A stretch of DNA of 64,000 nt, taken from assembly GCA_965235115.1 (NCBI GenBank), contig OZ249436.1:16680001-16744000 (forward strand). The letters run 5' to 3'. The notes beneath the pieces were generated by a model. The model was given only the letters and a program-made list of their open reading frames with translations. It was not told the origin of the DNA and searched no databases. Origin of the DNA: Laetmonice hystrix. Taxonomy: Eukaryota. Position numbers and translations under genes: made by a program. Shown one piece after another: positions 1 to 12,399 of this stretch (positions are counted from its first letter, which is position 1; each line of letters opens with the position of its first letter).

Positions 1-529
1 CGGATAAATAATTGCTTTTTAATCATCTTGCAATAAGTAGAATTTATTGAAATATGGTTAATATTGTTGCTCTGGACTAACACTCAGAAAAATTTTATTA
101 CCACTGTTGTACAGCATTATGGACAAATGGCAATGAAATAAATTTAAAATTTGGGTGTCGTACGGGACACTGAGGCTCGGCAAATTTCAAGCCAAATTTC
201 GGAAATGTGAAAAAGGTCCAAGTTCAATATACAAGTGATGGCATTGAGACCTTACTATAAACTATCAATTCAGGTTGGAAGATAGTTGCTATATCAATAC
301 CAATGAGAGACAGCCTATATAGCAAGTTATGCCAGATTAACCATTTGTTTTCCGAAATTAGGTACTAGCAGAGAAAGGGTTAAAAAATCATACATACAGG
401 ACTACCTGATCACAGATCTTTTGACTTTCTGAGAACAATAATGTAAACTTATGAAAATTATCAACAAATCATGAATTGGGGCATTTTGAATTTTTACTGA
501 TCATGTCCACATTTTCATGGAATCGCCCT

Positions 530-926
530 TACATACATTGGGGTATACTTTTCATTCCAATCTAACCGAGTCCTATAATGTTGATGGCTGTTGACTATGG
601 TGTTACATACATTGGGTACAAGTAACTTTTCATTCCAATCTAACCGAGTCCATGTTATAATGTTGATGGCTGTTGACTATGGTGTTACATACATTGGGTA
701 CAAGTGACTTTTCATTCCAATCTAACCGAGTCCTTGTTATAATGTTGATGGCTGTTGACTATGGTGTTACATACATTGAGTACGAGTGACTTTTCATTCC
801 AATCTAACCGAGTCCTTGTTATAATGTTGATGGCTGTCGACTATGGTGTTACATACATTGGGTACAAGTAACTGTTCATTCCAATCTAACTGAGTTCTGG
901 TTATAATGTTGATGGCTGTCGACTAA
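530..926. repeat. 82-bp tandem repeat (~5 copies) in the last intron of MRPL27
   Basis: Unit TACATACATTGGGTACAAGTGACTTTTCATTCCAATCTAACCGAGTCC...GACTATGGTGT recurs at 604, 686, 768 (period 82). Confidence 0.9.
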
Positions 927-991
927 GATGGGAACTATCCAATTGTCATGTATCTGCCATGTACCTCAGCATGTTATATTTCTGTTTGTAG

Positions 992-1186
992 GTTTGTTTC
1001 GGGAAGGACATGACACTAGTTGCTATGGAGCCTGGTCGTCTGATAATGTCAGCCGAGCGTTTGTGCCCCTACCCGAACAGCCCTCTCTACCCGGCCGTCA
1101 AGGCTGGACGTGTCTTCTACAAAAAGTTTTACAACATCATCCCAGAACCCCAAGAGCCTCGCTTCAAGCTCATTTCAAGGACATAG
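992..1186 (+). CDS. MRPL27: Last coding exon of mitochondrial ribosomal protein bL27m (upstream exons lie outside the window)
   Basis: Acceptor tttgtag|GTT at 991/992. Reads VCFGKDMTLVAMEPGRLIMSAERLCPYPNSPLYPAVKAGRVFYKKFYNIIPEPQEPRFKLISRT*, resembling the metazoan MRPL27 C-terminus (VGxGKxxxLxAxExG...YKxFxxxxP...FKLx). This frame is not in the ORF track. Assignment is from recalled motif similarity, not a search. Confidence 0.75.
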   Translation, partial: VCFGKDMTLVAMEPGRLIMSAERLCPYPNSPLYPAVKAGRVFYKKFYNIIPEPQEPRFKLISRT

Positions 1187-1378
1187 CTTTCAGCATCACA
1201 ATACATAACTTCAGTTTGTGGTAGAGAGAAAGCCAGTTCGCATCCATCATTTCGTGAAGGGTTATATGGGTTGTGAAAGGTTATATGGAAAACTAGGGGC
1301 AAATATGAAATGGAATGAACAGTGGTGGAGCTGTTACATTTGTACATAAACGCGCATAGGTGATTTGTACATAGTGGA

Positions 1379-1384
1379 AATAAA
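1379..1384 (+). terminator. Candidate polyadenylation signal (AATAAA) for MRPL27
   Basis: AATAAA about 190 nt after the stop codon, followed by T/GT-rich sequence. Confidence 0.5.
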
Positions 1385-2118
1385 AAGTTCAAAAATGTAT
1401 TATGCCTTAAGTATTTTAGTATTTAAAATGTATTATGTTGTAAGTATTTAGTTTTTAAAAGAAAATATTGATGGCGTGGATCCAGCCCAAAAATCCGTCG
1501 GAATTTCGTTTTAAGCGGGAGACGCCTTAATGTGTCAGTCGGCCACTAGGCGGCTCTCCCTACTAGATTTAGCACATGGTAATCTGTGGATTTAGTTATG
1601 ATGTCCGTCAACTGCCGCTAGAGTGCTGTCTAGTGGGGTGGTTCCAAAACAGCCTCTATGAGTAGACTCTGGGAGGCACACTTGTAATTCCCACACCTGG
1701 AGAAAATGATCAAACAGTGTCATTGTGTGTGCCGGGGGGGGGGGGGGGGTGAGTATGTACACGTATTTGGCAGGAGTCTAATAGGGGTTCATACTTAGGC
1801 GCTGTATTATTGGGCCTTTTGTTTTGCGACTCACTGACATGTGAAAAAATGCAACCCAGATAGCACACAGGCTGTCACAGCCAATGGCCCACTGTTGGGC
1901 CACCCATCCAAGCAGCGGCAGCCGTTGGTGGCCCACTGGTGGCGTGACCAGCTGGTATGGCGTGACCAGCTGGTAGCCTTTGGCCTATCTACACCGGTGG
2001 GCCAACGGCTACCAGCTGGTCACGCCACTAGTGGGCCACTAGCGGCTGCCGCCAGTGAGCCATCGGCTGTGCCTGCATGAAACATCGAGCAGGTCCCTGT
2101 CGTTCTACATGTATACCG

Positions 2119-3900
2119 GGTCCAGCCTGGACAGCTGTAGTGGTCAGCTACAGGGTCCAGCCTGGACAGCTGTAGTGGTCAGCTACAGGGTCCAGCCTGG
2201 ACAGCTGTAGTGGTCAGCTACAGGGTCCAGCCTGGACAGCTGTAGTGGTCAGCTACAGGGTCCAGCCTGGACAGCTGTAGTGGTCAGCGACAGGGTCCAG
2301 CCCGGGCAGCTGTAGTGCGGTCAGCGACAGGGTCCAGCCCGGACAGCTGTAGTGCGGTCAGCGACAGGGTCCAGCCCGGGCAGCTGTAGTGCGGTCAGCG
2401 ACAGGGTCCAGCCCGGGCAGCTGTAGTGGTCAGCGACAGGGTCCAGCCCGGACAGCTGTAGTGCGGTCAACGACAGGGTCGAGCCTGGGCAGCTGTAGTG
2501 CGGTCAGCGACAGGGTCCAGCCCGGGCAGCTGTAGTGGTCAGCTACAGGGTCCAGCCCGGGCAGCTGTAGTGGTCAGGTCCGGGGTCGAGCCTGGGTAGC
2601 TGTAGTGGTCAGGTCCGGGGTCGAGCCTGGGCAGCTGTAGTGGTCAGGTCCGGGGTCGAGCCTGGGCGGCTGTAGTGGTCAGGTCCGGGGTCGAGCCTGG
2701 GCAGCTGTAGTGGTCAGGTCCGGGGTCGAGCCTGGGCGGCTGTAGTGGTCAGGTCCGGGGTCGATCCTGGGCGGCTGCAGGGGCGTACGTAGGAAAAGGG
2801 GGAGCCAGGGGGGCCATGGCCCCCCACTTTGAAATGAGGGGGGGGGGGGCCAGAGTATCTTTTGCCCCCCCCCCCCCACTTTTTCCCTCTCCTTGACTTT
2901 TGCCATTGGAAGTGTAGGGACGTCTATGGGGGGAGGGTATTTTCTCATATTTCAGAGGCTTATTTTGTGCTCTAAGATGCACCAAATGTCACCAAATTAC
3001 ACTATAAATTTCAAACTTTTTCGGGGGGGCATGCCCCGGACCCTCTAGCATGGCTTAGCGCCTTCGGCGCTCGACCAGTCCCCCCGCCAAACTGTAATCC
3101 CCCTCAAAAAGTCCTGCGCATGGCCCTGTTGGCCCCCCCACTTTTAAAGTGCTTCCTACGCCTCTGGCGGCTGTAGTGGTCAGGTCCGGGGTCGAGCATG
3201 GGCGGCTGTAGTGGTCAGGTCCGGGGTCGAGCCTGGGCGGCTGTAGTGGTCAGGTCCGGGGTCGAGCCTGGGCAGCTGTAGTGGTCAGGTCCGGGGTCGA
3301 TCCTGTGCGGCTGTAGTGGTCAGGTCCGGGGTCCAGCCTGGGCGGCTGTAGTGGTCAGGTCCGGGGTCGAGCCCGGGCAGCTGTAGTGGTCAGGTCCGGG
3401 GTCGAGCCCGGGCAGCTGTAGTGGTCAGGTCCGGGGTCGAGCCTGGGCAGCTGCATGTAGTGGTCAGGTCCGGGGTCGATCCTGGGCAGCTGTAGTGGTC
3501 AGGTCCAGGGTCGAGCCCGGGCAGCTGTAGTGGTCAGGTCCGGGGTCGAGCCTGGGCGGCTGTAGTGGTCAGGTCCGGGGTCGAGCCTGGGCAGCTGTAG
3601 TGGTCAGGTCCGGGGTCGAGCCTGGGCGGCTGTAGTGGTCAGGTCCGGGGTCGAGCCTGGGCGGCTGTAGTGGTCAGGTCCGGGGTCGAGCCTGGGCGGC
3701 TGTAGTGGTCAGGTCCGGGGTCGAGCCTGGGCGGCTGTAGTGGTCAGGTCCGGGGTCGAGCCTGGGCAGCTGTAGTGGTCAGGTCCGGGGTCGATCCTGG
3801 GCGGCTGTAGTGGTCAGGTCCGGGGTCGAGCATGGGCAGCTGTAGTGGTCAGGTCCGGGGTCGAGCCTGGGCGGCTGTAGTGGTCAGGTCCGGGGTCGAA
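2119..3900. repeat. 35-bp minisatellite (two subtypes) between the convergent MRPL27 and C1GALT1 3' ends
   Basis: GGTCCAGCCTGGACAGCTGTAGTGGTCAGCTACAG grades into GGTCCGGGGTCGAGCCTGGGCAGCTGTAGTGGTCA; interrupted by a MITE at 2778-3166. Confidence 0.95.
2778..3166. mobile_element. Non-autonomous TIR element (MITE), family shared with 58174-58552
   Basis: Ends CAGGGGCGTA...TACGCCTCTG; duplicated flank GCGGCTG (2771-2777 / 3167-3173); second copy in opposite orientation at 58174-58552. Confidence 0.85.
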
Positions 3901-4441
3901 TCCGGTCTGGATAGACTGTCAAACTTGACGACAAGAGAAGGCATATGATGGGCAACAACCGTGCCTATTTATTTTGTGTTCAGATTAAATATACGTGAAC
4001 AAGGTAACCACGTTCTCTAAACTAAGGTTAGGAAGTTATATTCCTAGGCCTAAGTTTCATTTTGTCACTATTTCCGTTTACGTTGAGTGACCTTGTGAAT
4101 TAATCAATCAATTCAAAGTTAGGGACATTTTCGACGATTCATATCTCGAAAACACTTCAAGCTAACCTCTTACTACAAATGATAGATGAAGACATATGAA
4201 GTTTGTTTGTGACTCATATATCACGGATGTTGTCACAGGGACTATATCTTAAAAAATACAGATAATTAGTCCCTGCCCAGTTGGGGCTGTGACTCCGACA
4301 GGGTTGTTCTAATAGATCTAGGTCTAGTGGCGACTGTACTCCTATAGTCCGCTTGTACTGAGTGAGTCGGTGTTATCGGACCATGTGTCGTATACCCGGT
4401 CAGTGTGGCGGGTTCAACACATCCGGGACCTAGAGCGAAGG

Positions 4442-7400
4442 TCAGCTACCACCGCGCCCCCTGGTGGCGTTGGCCAGGCGCGCTCTCTCCAATGAGGCTG
4501 TGAGGTTGAAAGGGTTGCTCGCTGGCACCCCCTGTCGGAGACCGTAGACCTGAGTGCCGTAGATGAGATGATGCATAACTTTCATTGTGACGGGGTCGAC
4601 GAAATGGAACGAGATACTGTGGTCGCTGCAACAGTTGGCACCCTGAAAACAAAATAGCAGGGTACTTGAAACATGATCACTCTTCGACAGCTAGACCCAA
4701 AGGGATTCCGTCAATTAGTTTCTTCCGTGAGGAATGGCGGGGACTATAGGCTGACAGAAGGTGTGAGGACGAATGCGGTCGGGTGGAGATTAGGACAGGA
4801 GAGTGGGGGCTATGGCGGGAGTGTGGGGGCTATGGCGGGAGAGTGGGGGCTATGGCGGGAGTGTGGGGGCTATGGCGGGAGTGTGGGGCTATGGCGGGAG
4901 TGTGGGGGTTATGACGGGAGGGTGGGGCTATGACGGGAGAGTGGGGGCTATGGCGGGAGTGTGGGGCTATGGTGGGAGGGTGGGGGTTATGACGGGAGTG
5001 TGGGGCTATGAGGGGAGGGTGGGGGCTATGACGGGAGGGTGGGGCTATGACGGGAGGGTGGGGGCTATGGCGGGAGTGTGGGGGCTATGACGGGAGCGTG
5101 GGGCTATGACGGGAGTGTGGGGCTATGACGGGAGTGTGGGGCTATGACGGGAGGGTGGGGGCTATGGCGGGAGGGTGGGGGCTATGACGGGAGGGTGGGG
5201 CTATGACGGGAGGGTGGGGGCTATGACGGGAGAGTGGGACTATGACGGGAAGGTGGGGTTATGACGGGAGTGTGGGGCTATGGCGGGAGGGTGGGGGTTA
5301 TGACGGGAGTGTGGGGTTATGACGGGAGGGTGGGGGTTATGACGGGAGGGTGGGGCTATGGCGGGAGGGTGGGGGTTATGACGGGAGTGTGGGGTTATGA
5401 CGGGAGGGTGGGGGTTATGACGGGAGGGTGGGGGTTATGACGGGAGGGTGGGGGCTATAACGGGAGAGTGGGGGCTATGACGGGAGGGTGGGGCTATGAC
5501 GGGAGGGTGGGGGCTATGACGGGAGGGTGGGGGTTATGACGGGAAGGTGGGGTTATGACGGGAGTGTGGGGCTATGACGGGAAGGTGGGGTTATGACGGG
5601 AGTGTGGGGCTATGGCGGGAGGGTGGGGGTTATGACGGGAGTGTGGGGTTATGACGGGTAGGGTGGGGGTTATGACGGGAGGGTGGGGGTTATGACGGGA
5701 GGGTGGGAGCTCACAGGAGGGTGGGGACGCGGACGGGATGGAGACTATAGAGCACAATGGTGGGACTATGATGGGAGAGGTGAAGATTAGGGCAGGAGCG
5801 TAGGACGGGAGATTGGGACTATGGTGGTGACAAGGACAGTTCTAACTGTCCGGGTAAATACAACATGTCGATAAACTTGATAATAGGAGACGTCCTGCTT
5901 ACCTTCTTAACTGTGTACTTGCTGTAGGTGTAGTACCACTGGGGATAGGGTCCCGACAGGTGGGTGGCCAGGTTGAATGGGTGGAAAGTCTGCCTACCGG
6001 AGTCGTCCACCGACCGGGCCGTCTTCACCCCAACAGCCTCCAGGCACTTGGCGATGGCCACGTCCTCGGCCCCTCCCCAGCGGCGACACTGAGGCCGGGC
6101 CGGTCGGAGACCGTCAACCACCAACCTCCTCACGGCCTCTCGACTCAGGACATACCTGAAACATGACCGGCAGCTGGCATTATACATACCCCAATGTTAC
6201 CCCCTCCACACCCCTCACACCTGAACCTACCCCAACGTTACTCCTCCACACCCCTCCCACCTGACCCTACCCCAACGTTACCCCCTCCCACCTGACCCTA
6301 CCCCAACGTTACCCCTCCACACCCCTCCCACCTGACCCTACCCCAACGTTACTCCTCCACATCCCTCCCACCTGACCCTACTCCAACGTTACCTCTCCAC
6401 ACCCCTCCCACCTGACCCTACCCCAACGTTACCCCCTCCACACCCCTCCCACCTGACCCTACCCCAACGTTACTCCTCTACACCCCTGCCACCTGACCCT
6501 ACCCCAACGTTACCCCTCCACACCCCTCCCACCTGACCCTACCCCAACGTTACTCCTCTACACCCCTCCCACCTGACTCTACCCCAACGTTACCCCTCCA
6601 CACCCCTCCCACCTGACCCTACCCCAACGTTACCCCCTCCACACCCCTCCCACCTGACCCTACCCCAACGTTACCCCTCTACACCCCTCCCACCTGACTG
6701 TACCCCAACGTTACCCCTCCACACCCCTCCTACCTGACCCTACCCCAACGTTACTCCTCTACACCCCTCCCACCTGGCCCTACCCCAACGTTACTCCTCT
6801 ACACCCCTCCCACCTGACCCTACCCCAACGTTACTCCTCTACACCCCTCCCACCTGACCCTACCCCAACGTTACCCCTCCACACCCCTCCCACCTGACCC
6901 TACCCCAACGTTACCCCTCCACACTCCTCCCACCTGACCCTACCCCAACGTTACTCCTCTAATACCCCTTCCACCTGACCCTACCCCAACGTTACCCCCT
7001 CCACACCCCTCCCACCTGACTCTACCCCAACGTTACCCCTCCACACCCCTCCCACCTGACCCTACCCCAATGTACCCCGTCCACACCCCTCCCACCTGAC
7101 TCTACCCCAATGTTACCCCTCCACACCCCTCCCACCTAACCCTACCCCAACGTTACCCCTCCACACCCCTCCCACCTGAACCTACCCAATGTTAACCCTC
7201 CACACCCCTCCCACCTGACCCTACCCTAATGTTTGTACGTTCTGCATTTACATAAAAAGACTTCCACCTATACCGGTACGTACCCCGCACCGCCGCTCAT
7301 GTACCCCTGAGGGGTGTACTTCTGGTAGTGGTGGCCCAGATATAGGGGTTGTTTGGGGTCAAAGTGCGACAGAAGGTAGCGCAGGTTCTCAACAATGACG

Positions 7401-8901
7401 TATGTATCATCGTCCGCCTTCAGGAACCAATCAGCGTCGGACAAGTGGTGATCGTGGATGTATTTGAACGCCTCCGTCATCTTTGTCGTGAGTTTCTGCG
7501 CACCCTCGTAGTCGCCAAGAGAAATAGCGGGAAACGTGACGTCAGGAACAGACGACAGAAAGATGGCGCGGTTACAGCGGGACGCCCACGTGTCACGTAC
7601 AGCCGACGCTCGGCTGTGGAGACGTTGAAGGGTGGTGGGCACGATACATAGCAGGCGCACGGTCTTCTTCAGCTGGTTGGCAACAGACTCGTCACCTGAA
7701 GTAGATCAACAAGATGGAATCTGTCACAAGAAGAAGAAGAAGAAGAAGAAGAAGAAATGAAGAAGAAGAAGAAAATGAAGAAGAAGAAGAAGAAGAAGAA
7801 AATGATGAAGAAGAAGAAGAAGAAAATGAAGAAGAAGAAGAAGAAAATGAAGAAGAAGAAATGAAGAAGAAGAAGAAAATGAAGAAGAAGAAGAAGAAAT
7901 GAAGAAGAAGAAGAAAATGAAGAAGAAGAACATTGAAGAAGCAAATGAAGTAGAAGAAGAAGAAAATGAAGAAGAAGAAGAAGAAGAAGAAGAAGGAAAT
8001 GAAGAAGAAGAACATTGAAGAAGAAGAAGAAGAAAATGAAGAAGAACATTGAAGAAGCAAATGAAGTAGAAGAAGAAGAAAATGAAGAAGAAGAAGAAGA
8101 AGAAAATGAAGAAGAAGAAGAAAATGAAGAAGAAGAAGAAGAAGAAGAAGAAGAAGATGAAGAAAATGAAGAAGAAGAAGAAAATGAAGAAGAAGAAGAA
8201 AATGAAGAAGAAGAAGAAGAAGAAGAAGAAGAAGAAGAAGAAGAAGAAGAAAATGAAGCAGAAGAAGAAGAAGAAGAAAATGAAGCAGAAGAAGAAAATG
8301 AGGAAGAAGAATCCGTTCTGAGGTGTCCCAGTGCCGTGGTGACCCCTGATGGACAACCCTGGTGGTGCCCCCTGGTGATGGTCACCAAGGTCACCCTCCC
8401 ACAGTTTAGCCTGGGCCGAGCTCAATGGGCAGAATGCAGGATGCCCCTTGACAACTCAAGATGGGTCTATACACGCCTGCGACGGTTGCCTTACCTGCAG
8501 CAGGGGCGGTAACCCTCGTCCGGTGGGTACGGAACAGCTTCTCTCTGACGACCTTCAGCACTGTTAACAATTGGAAAATTGCAGCCTTATGGAAGGTCAT
8601 CGTCAACTGATAATAACGGCAACAGGTTAATGACAAGAAAACGCAATGATAAACTAAAATAGCGGATGCCTAACAGAGATATACTATGGCCAAAACAAAC
8701 ATCCTTTAACTTGTGCTTATAATATAGACATAATAAGAGGCTAGAAGCCATGACGCCCTTTATAAAAAAAAGTTGCCGACACATATAAAATATACAATGT
8801 ATCAAGATACCTGTGGGGGCACTGTAGTAACCAATCAACTGAGAGAGTAAAACCACGGAAACAATGACTAACAACACGGCGGCGTACTTGGCAGCTCCCA
8901 T
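4442..8901 (-). CDS. C1GALT1: Core 1 beta-1,3-galactosyltransferase (T-synthase)-like GT31 protein, 340 aa; complement(join(4442..4642,5903..6155,7284..7695,8495..8560,8811..8901))
   Basis: N-terminal TM anchor (MGAAKYAAVLLVIVSVVLLSQLIGY); motifs RLLC...TWASRCN, DWFLKADDDTY, YMSGGAGYVLSREA, AEDVAIAKCL, FHPF, CCSDHSISFHFV. All introns GT-AG with compatible phases (1,1,2,0); 1023 nt. The 66-nt exon 8495-8560 is the least certain. Orthology versus paralogy to C1GALT1 not tested. Confidence 0.88.
4797..5708. repeat. 19-20-bp G-rich minisatellite (GGGAGTGTGGGGCTATGAC variants) in C1GALT1 intron 4
   Basis: About 45 tandem units visible directly. Confidence 0.95.
6187..7232. repeat. 40-41-bp C-rich minisatellite filling C1GALT1 intron 3
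   Basis: Unit ACACCCCTCCCACCTGACCCTACCCCAACGTTACCCCTCC, about 25 copies. Confidence 0.95.
7727..8311. repeat. (GAA)n microsatellite with AAT/CAT interruptions in C1GALT1 intron 2
   Basis: Directly visible; source of the poly-E/K/S/F ORFs. Confidence 0.97.
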
Positions 8902-9599
8902 GACTTCCCGTCGATTATGTATTAGCCTAAAGGGAGCACGGGTTGATCTGGCTTGAGGCTAGGATGTCCACTGGAGGGGTGATAGCATCAGGCTGATTCA
9001 TTGGCCGATGAGATTTAGATGGCTTCGATATCCAGAACAGAGTCACCTGGCTTCAGATGAGGTCGTGCACCCAGATGTGGCTTCAGGACTGGTGAGGTCG
9101 TGCACATTCCGATGGTGACTTTGGACTCTATGACTCAACTGCCACCAACCCTCATGCCGGTGTAAAATTCCCGACTTGGGCCTTGCCTCAAACCTCAGTA
9201 AAATTTCCGACTTGGGCCTTGCCTCAAACCTCAGTAAAATTCCCGATTAGAACCTGTTAAAATGGCGCCCAAATACCAATCAGTTACTCGTGAAATAAAC
9301 GGCAGCATACGGGGCGATATTAGGTGAATCAGTCCAGGTAGGCCTACAGTACATGGGTTCAGAGGTGGATCTTATAACACAGATAAGGTCTCGGCGCACA
9401 GATAAGGTCTCGGAGCACTGATAAGGTTGATGCCCCGAGCATTAGGCATTAGCCTAGCTGATGTTTGTGGATATATTTCCTATCAAAAATAACTAGCCAT
9501 TCGGACGTATCTAGCCGGAACAAAGCCTGACGTAACCCTAAAGCGAACGTCATTATTCATAGCGTGAAAAGTGACTTAATATTTTAAGGCTATAGGCCT

Positions 9600-10350
9600 A
9601 CCCATTGAGCTCAGCCCAGGCTAAACTGCCAGAAGTTGACCTTGAGGTCAACCTTATGAATATTAATAGTACCTGGCATCGTCGTCATAGACTCACCACC
9701 CACACTAAACGGTCCTCGCCGAATGCTTATTTCTCACAAAAATGCCAGATAGCCTTGCCCAGTTCGCTGATAAACAATTAAATGTGTCCCTCCTTAACAA
9801 TAGCCCTATACAGTTTGTAGCACTCTGATTGGTACGGTTTAACACGCGAAATCTCTGATTTCAGCATCGTTGCTTCGCTTCCGCTTGCATCCAAAGACCG
9901 GCCTGCTCGGCCCGATACGTCTCGCCGGCGCTGGCTGTCGGTCTCGGCCTCTGCCGTACGGAAGCCCGTTGATGCCACAGTGTGAAATTATTTCATATAG
10001 GCCTAGCGGCCGCCACAAATTATGTGGCGGCCGCGAGTTATTATGTAGCGGCCGCCAGACAATTATGTTGCGTCCGCCAGATAATTATGTAGCGGCCGCC
10101 AGATAATTATGTTGCAGCCGCCAGATAATTATGTTGCGACGGCCAGATAAAATATATTTTGGCACTAACGGGCTTCTGTAGGGATTAAATGCCTATACCC
10201 GTTGCAGCAATCGTTGGCTTCGCCATATGCTTCGACAACAATAACTTTACTGGGGACGTTCCTTTTGGCTAACTAGAAAGGCAAGCTAATTTTTATGAAT
10301 CGCGCCTCAGGCAGTGCTGTAATCTGATTGGTGCTTGCAGTACTGCAAGT
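9600..10350. mobile_element. Dispersed repeat (second copy ~18350-18955) carrying a nested TA-flanked MITE at 9957-10180
   Basis: GTTGACCTTGAGGTCAAC...ACCTGGCATCGTCGTCATAGA...CCTCAGGCAGTGCTGTAATCTGATTG shared with 18350-18955. Nested element has ends TACGGAAGCCCGTT...AACGGGCTTCTGTA and internal GCCGCCAGATAATTATGT repeats. Confidence 0.7.
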
Positions 10351-11280
10351 AGGTGGAAAACAGGCGAAGTACTCGCTTGTGAGAACACTCTCCGCCGCAA
10401 GATGTCACTGCTGTCTGAATATAACATCTCTGCCACCACTTGATTTAAATATTCATGAGCTAACGACCTACTTAAATTTCATCCAATAACGGCTCTTGGA
10501 TTTTACGTGTTTTTCGTGATGACCCAGAAAACCCGGGCCGCGGTCATCCCTGCCATGTCTACCCGAGGCAATCCCAGCAAATTACGCCCACTGGATCGTT
10601 CAGTAAATAATATGTAGACTTGACAGGTGTCGAGTTTAACATGTTTTGCGACTATACAGCAAGTTTGAGGCATTGATCTTGTGTCACAGTGGCAAAATCC
10701 CCTTGTTTTGGTGACCCGAGTAAACACCCTATTACACCACTCGTAAACAATGGATAACGTCGCGCAAAAAATAGTTCCACTATCCTTTAATAGTTCCTTC
10801 CGTAGCCTATTTGGGGTAGATCTATATCTGAATTGTAAATCAATTTGTTGGACTCCTTAGACCTTTCTCTATTCAGATAGGGTAACTAGGCATTCCCATA
10901 AGTAGTAATTAAGAAAGCTGGAGAAAGAGTTTGATATGTATCAGCGCGTAAAAAGCCAGTGGTGGCCGAGATTGAAGCTACGCGCAATGTCTCATGGCAG
11001 AGTGTTGTGAGAATAGACGGGCTGTCGTGAAGGGGGGGGATCACTACACCGTGGATACAAAGTAGTGCGTGCCCGTCGGCAAGATGGCTGATGTTGTTGA
11101 ACAGGTCTTGAGGTCACGCGGGAAGCCATGTCTTCCATGTGCTACGGTGAAAGTAGTTCGCCCCGGTGTCCTCGTTACCCCCTGCAAATGGGCGCGAATG
11201 TAAGCGTGATTGGCGGGTTTACCTGTGCAAACTGGGTCGTTTATATGTCGACAGCTGCAGGTCAAGAAATGACGATATTT

Positions 11281-12292
11281 ATGTCAAGGACGAGATTGGA
11301 ATCCGGCCCGATTCCGAACTGGGCCGGCCCAGATCGGAATTCCAATCTGGGCCGGCCCAGAATGGGATTCCGATCTCGGCCGGCCCAGTTCGGAATCGGG
11401 CCGGCCGAGATTGGAATTCTATTCCAGGCCGGCCTAGAATGGGATTCCGAACTGGGCCGGCCAAGTTCGGAATCGGGCCGGCCGAGATTGGAATTCCATT
11501 CCAGGCCGGCCTGGAATGGAATTGACATAGGATTCCATTCTGGGCCGGCCCAGATCAGAATTCTGATTCTGGCCGGCCAAGATGGGAATCCTCTAAAGAC
11601 CTGGCCCAGATTGGAATTCTGATCTGGGCCGGCCCAGATCAGAATCCATCTGGAATTATAAAGTCAGTATATCCACTTTAATCACATATATATATAGGAA
11701 TCCTCGAGCGACAGAATGGATGTTTTTCTGATCTCGGCAGAGTTTTAGTTTAAAAATACACTTTTAGAAGTTAAAGGTATATATAGTAGTTTAGGACTGT
11801 GATAGGCCTAATATTCGGAATTATATGACCTATACCTCTGGATTCCTTCATATATCTACCTATACCTAAGTTCCCAGGCTCTAAACAGCCGAAAGCGTAG
11901 GGTTCCCTTTGAAGCCCCCCTTCAAACTATTATTAAACAGCCGGACAACAATAGTTTGCGAGTCCGCAAGTCTTGCGTGTGCTTTGTGAATCAGGCCCCA
12001 GGTCTTTAGAGGATTCCCATCTTGGCCGGCCAGAATCAGAATTCTGATCTGGGCCGGCCCAGAATGGAATCCTATGTCGATTCCATTCCAGGCCGGCCTA
12101 GAATGGAATTCCAATCTCGGCCGGCCCGATTCCGAACTGGGCCGGCCAAGTTCGGAATCCCATTATAGGCCGGCCTGAATAGAATTCCAATCTCGGCCGG
12201 CCCGATTCCGAACTGGGCCGGCCCAGATTGGAATTCCGATCTGGGCCGGCCCAGTTCGGAATCGGGCCGGATTCCAATCTCGTCCGTGACAT
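11281..12292. mobile_element. Foldback-type inverted repeat (arms 11281-11604 and 11998-12292) built of GGCCGGCC-containing subrepeats
   Basis: ATGTCAAGGACGAGATTGGAATCCGG...CTAAAGACCTGG is reverse-complemented by CCAGGTCTTTAG...CCGGATTCCAATCTCGTCCGTGACAT; spacer about 390 bp. Confidence 0.8.
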
Positions 12293-12399
12293 TTACATGA
12301 GCTTATAAAGGGAGAATGATTGAGTAGGTAAGGATGTCACTGAGCCTCAGACCTGTTCTCATACTGGAGCTCAAATACAATTATTGTATTTAAAAGGGT

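Noticed and set aside
928..1224. 98-aa ORF in the track
   Set aside because: Wrong frame; the spliced frame starting at 992 gives the MRPL27-like C-terminus.
2119..3900. Regular 35-bp repeats as a possible CRISPR array (likewise the other arrays)
   Set aside because: No unique spacers, no cas genes, eukaryotic spliced-gene context.
4673..5090. Gly-rich ORFs resembling structural or shell proteins
   Set aside because: Translation of the 19-20-bp G-rich minisatellite, antisense in an intron.
7669..8512. Poly-E, poly-K, poly-S and poly-F ORFs
   Set aside because: Translations of the (GAA)n microsatellite inside C1GALT1 intron 2.
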